Shown here in pieces: positions 1-18,109 of a stretch of 33,236 bases of DNA (position 1 is the first letter of the stretch; each line of letters begins with the position of its first letter). The notes beneath the pieces are model-generated. The model did no database searches, was not told the DNA's origin, and saw only the letters and a program-made list of their open reading frames with translations. Origin of the DNA: Intoshia linei (lineage: Eukaryota > Animalia > Orthonectida); the NCBI GenBank assembly GCA_001642005.1, contig LWCA01000295.1, positions 1 to 33,236 of the forward strand. The letters run 5' to 3'. A program made the translations under genes and the position numbers.

Positions 1-54
1 ATCCTGTTACTCAATTTTTACAGAAAATGCATTAAATAATGTGAGTTAAAAACG

Positions 55-80
<26 letters not shown>
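55..80. repeat. (TAA)n microsatellite
   Basis: About 8 consecutive TAA units. Confidence 0.85.
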
Positions 81-85
<5 letters not shown>

Positions 86-373
86 GTAATAAATTGACTT
101 GTGATTATTAAAAAAATGAAATAGGCAAATGAGTGTTTGTTTATTATAGGCATTAAAAATAGATTATAGAGCTTTATAGATAAAATTTTTATTAACTGAA
201 TTTTGGTTCATATAAATTTGCAAAAAAAATAAATTCCGTTATTATCGAATTTTTTCTGATTTATTTTAGAGAATTTTTTAATTATGAGTCATGACAAAAG
301 TATTTTTAAATTATAATATTTTGAAATTCTATGGAAGTTTTTTTAATGGAATTTATCATATAGTATATTTTAG

Positions 374-7545
<7,172 letters not shown>

Positions 7546-7597
7546 ATAAAATTTTAGCTTTCATTATTTTTTAAAATTTAAACGTAATTATAATCTT

Positions 7598-8310
7598 TAC
7601 TTATATAATATGCTATGCAATATTTGTTTGTGTGTGTGTTCCACTTTATTTCAATAACTACCAGTATTAGAATGTTATAAAGTCCACATTTCAATTACGG
7701 TTTTTCTGAGGGTGATAATAAGATTAATTTCAACCTTCCAAACTCACATTTTACGGATCAAAAATCAAACGAGTTGGAGAATTTAAAAAATATATACACT
7801 AATACGGATTTTAAAATCATAAAAATTATCATAAATTTAAAAAAATTATATCTTCAGGGCCAAAACCACAAATTACCATTTTTTTATGAAAACAGCCCTA
7901 GAATTTCAAAAAATTTACAGATGGTACAGTTCTATCCTGTTAACACACACAAAAAATTTCAATCTGAATAAGTGACGACTTCACGGTAAAAAAGGCATTT
8001 TAGTATTAATATATTTAATAAATATCACCACTTTGTATTAAGAATGTCCACAATGAACTCGCATTGGACCTTAAAAAACGTTTAAACAGATGACACAAAT
8101 TAAATTTTTATTTACATTCGGGTTATCATCAATGTTCTAAATAAGAAAGTAAAGGATTTAATAATAAAATCCGTTTTTTACCGGAAAGATAAAAGTTTCT
8201 GATATGATTGGAATTTGTGTTTTTAAAATTTTAGGATTCTTAGTTATTCAAATAAACGGTAGCACACAGACAAACAGAGGGCCCCTCAGATATTCAATTC
8301 TATATATATT
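7598..8310. mobile_element. Non-autonomous interspersed element with subterminal inverted repeats (MITE or Helentron/DINE-like)
   Basis: About 7623-7700 is imperfectly inverted at about 8205-8275; short (GT)n tract; gagggcccctc stem near the right end; the left 225 bp recurs inverted at 28373-28626. Confidence 0.7.
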
Positions 8311-8570
8311 TACGAACTAAATACACACAATAAAATTTGAATTTAAAAAATAATATGTACATTGTACAAATGTGCGGTTGAAATCAACCTCCACTATCCA
8401 ATTTGATTAAAAGTTTCCTGTATTAAAAATACAATATAACTGTTTTTCTAGGGTATACTACATGTATTTAAGGGTCAATCTTTATATTCTTATAAAAATT
8501 AAAGTTTAAACCAAAAACCTAAATTAAAAATAAATATTTAATCAGCTGCATTTTATAATAATATTATGAT

Positions 8571-10745
8571 ATGAAAAAAGTAGAATTGTTTCTTTTATTC
8601 TTAAAATTATACGATATAGTCGGACAAGCGTTGTATGTAACTGAAGTTGAATCAAAAAACTTACTAAATTTTAACGTTAGATCGAATGGAATATTTGATT
8701 TGTATATAAAAATCAATGACTTATACCGAGAATTAGATATATATTCTTTTGATTTGAAAAAATTGGAATTTGTGAGAAATTTATCTTTCGAAAAACTAGA
8801 TGGCACAGTTAACAGAGTTGCATTGAAAGACTCTTTCGACGATATGTTTTCATTTGTAGCTAATGAAAAAAGAAGTAAAAAGTTTCATTTGATAATACCC
8901 ATGGAAGATTATAGTTTTGTCAAAATATCCGTACAATTTAATGATAATATTGTTAGCTATATAAACTATAGTAGAAACTGCATTCATGGCCCAGGATCAT
9001 TTCATGATATAGTATGCTTTGCTGGATATAATATTACGTATAAAACTAAACAGATGGATCAATTTAAATTTTTTGAATTGGCAAAGAAAAATAACGAATT
9101 TATTAGAAAGATTGAATGGTCAAAAAAAGAATCAAAGAATGGTAATAATAAAAAAGAAATAAATGTCTTTATTTTTACTAAATCATACAGAATTTATAAA
9201 TTAAATCTCCAAAATGGTAATATTAGTAGGGAAGCTAATGGTGTGATACAATTTAACCAAGTTGGTGACTTTATTATAGCAACAAAGAAGAATGGAATAA
9301 AAATTTCATCTATGAATGGTTTACATTATAGTAGAGTAAATTTTGTTAATGCCCATAAACCCAATTTATCTTTCCATACATTACAAACTAAATTTTACCG
9401 TATTGTCGCAATTCGAAATAGAGTATTGGTTTTAATTAAAAATGTGCCAAAGAAAAGAATTTTTAACATTTTCAACTTGTTTTCATTGGAACCTAATTCA
9501 TCTGGAGAGCTATATATTAGTGATATTTACGCTAGCAGATTTAAACTGCTCTCTCTGAATAAACAAAAATCACACAGATTCAGAAATGTGTGGAGCATAG
9601 GAAATGGTGATTATAATGTTGATATTTTATCTTATGACTGTAATGCGTTCATTTCATTCAACGACGGAGATGTTTGGAATAGGATTATATTTGTTTTTGA
9701 CAGCGACATGTGTTACACAATAAGCACAATTGACGATTATTATAATGAAATGGGTGCAATAATCGCAACGTTTCCAGAAAATATTTTTTTCCATTTAACT
9801 CTATTCAGTTTTGATGGTGGTTACACTTGGAAAAATACATTAGGTAGCAAGTATCGACTAAAATATTTGAAAGTCGTGAAAACTAACCAACATTTATTGG
9901 TAGCTATATCTCTGTTTAACGTTAAAATCTCTCTTAATCATGGCCAATCCTGGCATGATTTAAAATCGAAATCTAAACATTACAATTTAAACAATCTACA
10001 CATCTACGAATCCGACGATGAAAATATACATTTTTTTAACCTTTCAAAAAAATATAAATTGACATTATTTAAAACCGATCATCCCATCTATGATTGTTCC
10101 ACAAATGAAACTACAAAATATATGTATCCTATAGATGATCGTATGATTTATACAAAAAGTGCAGATTTATGTTTTTTGACAACAGGAAAACCTAAAAGGA
10201 ATAGTAAAGCGCAATGCCATCCAAATGAGGTTGTATGTGATTTTACGAGTCATCGAATCAATAACAAGTGTGTTAAGCATGGGTATAAAACGACAAATCT
10301 ATTTTGTAAGAATGGTCATGTATATCGAACTAAATCTTTCGGTTATTCCTTGATATTTTCACAAAATGTATATAAAAAATATTGTTCGAAGGATATATAC
10401 AAAATATCGAAAAATAAAATTTTTGACACAAATATGAAATGTGACAATTTAATTGAATATGAAACACCAGATAATTATGGTGAATATTATAATAATCTTA
10501 ATTGGCCTGATAATAAATCAAATATCAAATTAACCATCATTTGCAGTGTCATCATTTGTATATTTTCATTTTTAATTGTTTTTGTTCTTTATTTTACTAT
10601 CCGCTCTCTTTGTCCCAAAAGTTTGATTAGAAATTACATATTAGATGATAAAAAAGATGAAATTCTCAAAACCACCTTAGTTAATGATCACGATTCTGAA
10701 GAAATACTTACAATGTCTACTGAAAAATCTGAAAACACGGAATGA
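8571..10745 (+). CDS. Intronless Vps10p-domain (sortilin-like) type I membrane receptor, divergent, 724 aa
   Basis: N-terminal signal-like segment; Asp-box/BNR motifs (LYISDIYASRF, ISFNDGDVW, FSFDGGYTWK, ISLNHGQSW); Cys-rich juxtamembrane region; one TM helix (LTIICSVIICIFSFLIVFVLYFTI); short tail with acidic DHDSEEIL motif; AATAAA cluster at about 10761-10780. Confidence 0.78.
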   Translation: MKKVELFLLFLKLYDIVGQALYVTEVESKNLLNFNVRSNGIFDLYIKINDLYRELDIYSFDLKKLEFVRNLSFEKLDGTVNRVALKDSFDDMFSFVANEKRSKKFHLIIPMEDYSFVKISVQFNDNIVSYINYSRNCIHGPGSFHDIVCFAGYNITYKTKQMDQFKFFELAKKNNEFIRKIEWSKKESKNGNNKKEINVFIFTKSYRIYKLNLQNGNISREANGVIQFNQVGDFIIATKKNGIKISSMNGLHYSRVNFVNAHKPNLSFHTLQTKFYRIVAIRNRVLVLIKNVPKKRIFNIFNLFSLEPNSSGELYISDIYASRFKLLSLNKQKSHRFRNVWSIGNGDYNVDILSYDCNAFISFNDGDVWNRIIFVFDSDMCYTISTIDDYYNEMGAIIATFPENIFFHLTLFSFDGGYTWKNTLGSKYRLKYLKVVKTNQHLLVAISLFNVKISLNHGQSWHDLKSKSKHYNLNNLHIYESDDENIHFFNLSKKYKLTLFKTDHPIYDCSTNETTKYMYPIDDRMIYTKSADLCFLTTGKPKRNSKAQCHPNEVVCDFTSHRINNKCVKHGYKTTNLFCKNGHVYRTKSFGYSLIFSQNVYKKYCSKDIYKISKNKIFDTNMKCDNLIEYETPDNYGEYYNNLNWPDNKSNIKLTIICSVIICIFSFLIVFVLYFTIRSLCPKSLIRNYILDDKKDEILKTTLVNDHDSEEILTMSTEKSENTE

Positions 10746-10995
10746 TATGTATTCATTTAAAATAAATAAATAATAAATAAATTATTTAAATCATAACTTT
10801 TATAAAACTCAATGTGTTTCTTTCTGTATATTCGTCAGTTTTTACAAGCCTAATAATCAAATTCCATCAAACACATTTTATACATGGGTCGCTTAGCATG
10901 TCCTTTTTTTATTAGAATTAGCCATTTTTCAAGTCGATGCTGTTTTTCGTTTTAAAAATTTAAAAAAAAATATTTAAATCGGTTGATACCCTACC

Positions 10996-11719
10996 CAGGG
11001 CCATGGAGAGGAAGAATAGAGCCATATGACCGGATCTACAATCATGACGGCCTACTTTTTTTAAATTTATTAATAGGTACTGCTAGAAAATTTCTTAAGT
11101 ATACCAAAATTTCGATAACCAATGTGATTTGTAACCGTAGTTTTAAAAATAATGAACCATCAACTAAGCAATGTATAGAGGGCAGTGGCGGATGTAAGAT
11201 TTTCAGCTAGGGGGCGAAATAATTATTACGATCAATCTCATAAATTATTTCAATTAGAATTTTTTTGTATATCTGTCTACCATAATAATTTTTTTTTTTA
11301 GTTTTCATACTACTAAATTTTTCAACAACTGAATCAAAATTGACATTTTCGGCAAGTTCTCTTTCGATTATAATCGCTCATTATCAACAACGTTAAGTCC
11401 GATAATTTAACTTAAATGTCTGTTACTAGCTTAACAAATAATACATATATTAATGACAAATGATTATTAGTTACATAAAACGTATAGAACAATGACAAGC
11501 ATAATTCAATAAACACAATTTGATAAGTCCCAGAATTTTTTTTGAATTTTACACAATGTTAATACACAAATTACAATATTTTAATATGTGTATTAACCAG
11601 GGGCGGCGACCCTGCACTCACCTAGATCCGCTACCAATAGAGGTACCATTTTTAAAAAATTGATATGGGCCCACAATTTCCATCTGATCCGGGCATACTA
11701 CTGGCTCTCCACAGCCCTG
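10996..11719. mobile_element. hAT MITE (outer element)
   Basis: TIR cagggccatggagag / ctctccacagccctg (13/15); TSD accctacc / accttacc. Confidence 0.82.
11183..11636 (-). mobile_element. hAT deletion derivative nested in 10996-11719
   Basis: Ends cagtggcggatgtaag / cctagatccgctacca; TSD atagaggg / atagaggt; minus-strand remnant IERELAENVNFDSVVEN at about 11318-11370 resembles a hAT C-terminus. Confidence 0.8.
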
Positions 11720-12684
11720 ACCTTACCCCAAATGCAATAATTATAATTAATACAAAAATGTTTAGATAAATATTTAAAAACTTTATTTAGTGTATTATTA
11801 GTTTTGGGTTGATTCTAGGGTCCTAATTCCCTATTCATTTAAATTATTTTTTTAGTTTTCTTGGTGGTTTGCCTTTTTTTAAATTCAATTCTAGCTCATT
11901 TATTTTGATGATGCTTGAATTCCTTATGAAAACTATAGATAAAACTAGAAATGAAGTTAAAGCCATATATCATTAACTACCTCTCCCACTCTACAGGGTT
12001 CGCATTTGACAATTTAAATTTGACACAATATAAGTTATGATATTCTAAAATAAAATTTTTCTAAATGCTCAATTTAAAAAAAATGAGACCTTCTTTTTAT
12101 AAGAATTTCGTCAGTCACCCAAATAAGAGCCTCGAGCATGGTAGATTTGATTCTGCTGTCACAGCGGAGTTGTATTGGACACTCCACTAAATTAATGTTA
12201 AAATATTACTAATATTTCGGTAATTGAACATCCACTTACCCACTACATTATCTGTTAATTACAAAAGTATAGAATTTAGTTAAAAATATATGTTTATTTA
12301 TTCGTTTGTTACAGTTTATTTAAGAAAGTAACGTGTCGAGTTTTAAAAATTGCACATTTCTATTAGTTTTCGAGGGTGATGTTTTATCGCAAATTTTATT
12401 TTCAGAAATTTACTCTTTCAACGTCATTAATTCTAAGTATCTTCTTTTTTTTAAATTTAAATGAGTCCTAAAATTATAAAAAATATTAGTTTTGAAACTT
12501 TTCATTTTCAAAAATAATCTGATCTAATCTGATTCTCTGTGAGATGGAATATGGCTCGTTTTCAAATTTTCGATGGTTACACATAAAATTAGATTCTGCA
12601 CTAGTGCAACCGGTTGAGAAACACTGATTTAAGTTATAGGTTTATTATAATACAACAAAACTTGTAAATATGAAAAATTAAATA

Positions 12685-15600
12685 TTAATGCTGAAATTCA
12701 TTCAGAGCTTGAATGACTTCAATTCGCTTTTTAGGTGCAGCTGTGGTTAGTTTGTAGCTTTGAATTTCGCTTTCACGTCTAAATAAAGGTTTCTTTTTTG
12801 GAGGTTTCATATTCCAGGTAATTATAGAACCCTACAAATTATAATTAATTCATTATCAATCGTGTAACCAATACTTTTCAATTTTAAATTATATTAAACA
12901 TATTGGATTCCCTATAGACATATCAAGAAAAGGACTCTACCGTTTGCATCTCGCACCCTTTATGAACAACTAAAAATTTTACGAGACTTAAGTCATTGTA
13001 ATTAGTGATGGAACAATTTCTAAATTTCCAACGATGCCGTTCCAATTCGATTTTAAAAAAAAACAACGATTCCGATTCCGATTCCAATGCGATTCCAAAT
13101 ACTTTTTAATCATACTATTTGTGTCAGTTTTATTTGTTTTAATTAGAAAATTAACCAAGAATAAACGAATTTATAGAAAAACGAAATAAATAACTTAAAA
13201 AACATCATAAAAATGCTTAAGATTAATGTCAAAACAAATAATTTTAAATTATAATGTTAAAATAATAGCTTTTCACCATTTGTATCAAACATTCTATTTC
13301 GCTTTGGTAAACAGATAAAACATCCAACCCTGAAAATTATTAAACTTTCAATTAACGGAGACGAAAATAAATATTTTTTACAAGTTAACCAATATTTATT
13401 TAAATTTAATTGATTTATTGTATTGAGCCCATTTAATTAATTTTAATTTAAAAAAACTGCTGTTTTTTGAAATTAATTTTTATTTTTATAAAACTGGTTG
13501 TAAAGAATCGGAATCGTCGCAACGCTAATGTTAATTATAATGTTTGTGATTTCCGAAGAATTTCAAATGCAAAAATCAAATCCAATTAAATTTATCATTC
13601 CATTTATTAAAAATGTATTCAATTTATTGATATTCCTGTATTCAGAAACGAAACTAATGTACAGACTCCTGTTTGAGGGGATCGACGAAATTTTTATAAA
13701 ATGAACATGTAAAAAAATTTATTTTTGAATATCAACCAGGGATTGGAATTAATTGATTCATAATTAATAATTGAAATTAATTGAATTTTTTAAAATATAA
13801 AATATTTGAAGATTGATAACAATGTCATAATCATTTTTAAAAAACTGGTCATGTGGCTATAATGAATATATATAAATGTACATAAAAAAAATTTTAACTA
13901 ATGTTTTCATCAAACAATTCGTCAATAAAATGATTCAATTTATATTTTTTCATTATATGAAAAAACCAATTAATTGAAAAATTAATATTTAGCAAATAAT
14001 TGGTTTATACAAAATAATTGATTGCAATCAATTATTTCCAATCCCTGATCATAACTATTTTGTGTTTCAACCGTCAAGTCTAGATCTAGACCCATGTAGA
14101 GATGGCTGGATATATTATATTACGCATCATTTCCGAAAACTGTGGCTTAATTATTGTTTATTGTTCTATTTAAATTTAAAATATCAAATAAAAGCCAGAA
14201 TACCGGGTTCATAACTGCTTCGGTGTTTATTTCGCTATTCTATCGTTGTTAATTTTTACTCTATATTTAGTTGTTTTGAATTTTTACACTCATAATAATA
14301 ATAATATAATTTTTAGTTTACTTTTTGCTTAAAAAATCTAATTTAAATGTATACTGGAAATGGAAATTCTGTTAATACATCACGGATTCACTTAATTTAA
14401 AAGAATTATGTATCTGAATTTTTAAAAAAACAATTTTTTTTCATTTATAAAGTTATCAAAACTGAAATCTTGTTTTAATTGAACGAAAGTTGTAATTTAC
14501 ATAAAAAACCACTGTATCACTTAAATTTTGTAAATTCTAATAGAAATTATAAAAAGTTAAAAAAAAATAATTTCAACTCCTTGCCCCGGTTGAGAAACCA
14601 TGTACTAACGGTTAATAAAGATAGATTGAACTTTTTTTAAAAAAACTTTTCTCAACTGGAAAAAAATCGTAAGCATACGTTTACCAACACCAAATCTGCA
14701 GTATTAGTTTGAAAAATATATAAAGTCAAAAAATTAAATTACCTTTCCTTCAAATAATCTTGAATATTTAGTAGAAGCAACATATGATGAACGTACCGCC
14801 ATTATAACAGCATTCATTAAATTTTTCGATGATTGAAGTAACGATGTAGCACTATCTAGCTAAATGAAACAATGAATAACCCAGTTCACGCATTTATTAT
14901 TTTACCCCAGCCAAAATAACATCGCCGTCAATATTTTGAACGTCTGCTTTGACCCTGCTAGTAATATCCAATTGATGACAATATAAATCAATCCTTTGCA
15001 TATAACTAATTAAATCCTTTTTAGTTTCTGTATCTGGACACTAAAAATTTGAAAATTTAACATTTATAGTTCTAAAAGTACCAATTTAGCAATATCCTGG
15101 CATAAACTATTCAATTGTTTCCCTGTAACAGAAATATCTTTAGCAGCATTAATAACACACATGGTAGTTGTTAGAGGTCCTTTACCTCGAGTAAAATCAC
15201 TCATATCCATAAATATAACGCACATGATTTTTGCCAAACGAATCAAATCATTCGCACTATCGTCCCATTTATTAACCTCATTTTCAAATTTTCTTTTTTC
15301 AATATTGAAATCTTTAGCTTCAACTTGATATCTCTGTCTCTCGTCTATATGTAAATAAAGAAAAAACTATAATATAAAAATACCATCATTGGTAGCGGTA
15401 GCCCACATAGGTTCCGCATAATGATTTGTAGAAGCAACAGGTTTTTCATTGCTATCATTTTGATCTTGGTACAGTTGACAATCTTCAGTTTCTTTGATGG
15501 CTTCATAGTTTTTAGATTCAACACTTTCGGAAAATTTGATGCCTTGACTTTGAAGTACGCTACACCTCAAATCGTGGATTCCGTCATACAAAAGACGAGA

Positions 15601-17454
15601 AGCTTCAATGAAACCATTTTCTTCATTTTCGTTGATTTCTTCAATTTTTTGGAATAATTTTTGACAATAAAACACTTTATCTGAAAAAAAGGGAATAGTT
15701 CTTTCCAACAAAATTTCAACGGATTCGTTGACCTTTTCAGTCATGTTGGCATTTCTAGAACTTTTCATGTCTTCAATAACTGCATTTCCAATACTTTTAG
15801 CTCGAATCTGGGCATTCATTGAACAGCGTTTAAATAGATTTACATCTTTTGTTTTCAAAGCATAAACACATTTGTTGACATCATCCAGTACAAAAGTTTC
15901 TGTTACGGTCAAATTATCATCAATTCCAAAAATTATACCAACAAGTAAACTGTATTGTGATAATTCGTTTATTATTGATTGGTAATGGAATTTTAAGTTT
16001 TGCTTGGTAGCATTACAATCGGGGTGCAAAGATACTACGGTTGCAGAATAAATAAGTTGAGGAGTGTATGTAGAAATGACGTTACAAATTTTTTGCATTT
16101 TACGAATAGTTTTGTATATATCCTTGTTTCTATTGCATGAAATACTGCACAACAATTTCGCTAAATTGACAAGTCTTTGGGAATGCACAGTAAGCATACC
16201 AGCCAAGTCTTTAACTCCAGTCTCATTCCCTTTTAAAGCTTCTTGGTTTATAAGAGTATAGGGGATATCCAAATCGTATATATAACGAGACACGTAATCT
16301 ACGGAAATTTGTTTCAAATGATGAAGTAAATTTTCGGTGGTAGCCATAACATGAGATAATTTATTTTCGAGTTTAATCCGAATACCACCTGACACATCAC
16401 CATCCTTTTGAATTGACATATTTTTGTAAATATCAGAGTGTAATTTAAAAAAATCATCTAAAAAATCTCTTGTGTCTCCGCACAATTCATGAATGGAATC
16501 AACAATATCCGCATCAGAATTAATGTTTTCATTCAATGCAGTGCATAAAGATAAAATACCTTCACATCCATTTTTCATGCTAGACACCCAATCTTGGTTT
16601 CCCAAATTTTCTTCAAATTCATCGTACATTTTATAATTGAAAGCTTCGATCACTCGATAAACGTGAGATTGGTAGATGGCATTATCCCGTAGCCATTCGC
16701 CAACGTGCTCTTCTCCCAGAACGACCTTAGATATGGTATTTATTGCTTTTTTGACTTGACGAAATGTGAAATCTGTATTTATTTTGGCTGCATTAACATC
16801 TTGATGTCTCACAAAAGTTTTAATCGAAGTCAAAAGCATAGGATAGGTACGGAAAATAGTCGCATTTGCAGCTGATATTTCGTCCCTCGCTTCATAATCC
16901 TTTATGTCTCTTTCGCGTTGCAATGTGCAAGATTTCAGGATTTTTAATGAATTACTCAATTCTTTGTATCTTACATCTACATCTTTTTCATTAGTTACTT
17001 TCCAAAGGTTATCGACAGCACTTTCATATGATTTTAAACTGTTGATAAGAAAATTGACGTCGACTGAATCGCAAATAATCAATAATCGAGTAACACTCTC
17101 CAATAAATCATTTGCATATTTAACCATGTTTTGTCGTTTTAAATTTGAATAAGGGTCGTGTGAATACATCATTGCAGTTTCACATAAATTTTCTCCGTCT
17201 TGATTGACTTGGTCCAATAAAAGATTCAAATCACTAGACATTTCTTGGTGGACATTAGCAATTTCTCCACCGATTGAAACAAAATTTGATATAGCGCTTT
17301 TTATACCATCACACATGTAGGCAGTGTCTTTTGAGATTCCTTTTTTCATTACGGATACTGCATTGGATGATAATGTATAAACACATTTTTTTAAGGGAGT
17401 TAATATTTTTTCGACGGAATACGTCTGTATTTTGAAGTCTTTTCGTTCATTCAT
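12685..17454 (-). CDS. CTNNA: Alpha-catenin, complete, 5 coding exons, 910 aa
   Basis: Exons 17454-15384 (2071 nt), 15344-15082, 15040-14906, 14859-14743, 12831-12685 total 2733 nt and join in frame. Motifs: TYSVEKILTPL, VTRLLIICDSVDV, LDDVNKCV, FIEASRLLYDGIHDLR, KWDDSANDLIRLAKIMC..MSDFTRGKGPL, LYCHQLDITSRVKADVQN, KNLMNAV..SYVASTKY, WNMKPPKKKPLFRRE, IQALNEF. Confidence 0.96.
13003..13527 (-). mobile_element. hAT deletion derivative in last alpha-catenin intron
   Basis: Ends tagtgatggaac / gtcgcaacgcta; subterminal cgattc repeats and their complement; TSD attgtaat / atgttaat; remnant PKRNRMFDTNGEKLLF*HYNL on the minus strand at about 13245-13308. Confidence 0.68.
13737..14047. mobile_element. 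hAT-like MITE in last alpha-catenin intron
   Basis: 22-bp TIR cagggattggaattaattgatt with one mismatch; internal aattga repeats; weak TSD (atatcaac / atcataac). Confidence 0.78.
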
Positions 17455-17750
17455 TAAATTTTTCGTGACTAAAAAGTAGTTTCATTGAGATAATACCAAC
17501 AGGATTAAATTCCAAATTCGTTCACTAGGAGAATTTACTCAAGCAATAAATTTCCATAGTGCTTTTCATCGCTTTGCTTATTTACACTTGTTAATTTAAG
17601 TTATTTATACAGTACGTGTCAAAATCGATATTTTACAAATTTGTATCATTTTTCATTTTATTTTTCTTTTAATTATTATCTTTTAATTTCTTTTTTTTTT
17701 TTTATTTTTTTTAACATAATTTTTCTCGTTAATTAATTATTCGGCTTTGT

Positions 17751-17861
17751 TGTAATTCTGTAAGAATATTTAGACATTTAAACAGTAAAACTTTTATTAA
17801 ATTTAGGATTTAATTAAAGTAAAGTACAAGTGATATTTAAGATAGTGTCATAGATACTACA
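17751..17861 (-). repeat. 3' LTR (111 bp)
   Basis: tgtaattctg...gatactaca; similar to 21323-21445 apart from indels; PPT at 17862-17872. Confidence 0.88.
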
Positions 17862-18109
17862 CCTCCCTTGCCAGAACTAAAGTGGTTTGAGAGGAATAAA
17901 CATTCACATAGATCTTAATTGATGTTCAGCTTCCAACAATTTCCTAATAGTTGCATCATCGGAGTTAGGCTGATTGACCGCTTTTTGCCAATAAATAGTT
18001 ATCTAATGCTTTTAGACGTTCTTGGTCATAGTCGGTTAATGTGGGTGGAGATTTTATTTTGATATTATTGATGATATTTAATTCATATTCATTATATTGA
18101 GTGGGAATT

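Noticed and set aside
7774-8806. ORFs 7774-7971 and 8564-8806
   Set aside because: The first is inside a repeat with a TTG start; the second is antisense to the Vps10-like gene.
10983-11210. 75-aa ORF
   Set aside because: Crosses two hAT termini; chance frame.
15421-17152. Three plus-strand ORFs within alpha-catenin exon 1
   Set aside because: Antisense shadows of the coding exon.
15367-17454. 695-aa ORF as a truncated alpha-catenin or vinculin lacking the actin-binding domain
   Set aside because: It splices at 15384 to four more exons that complete a normal alpha-catenin.
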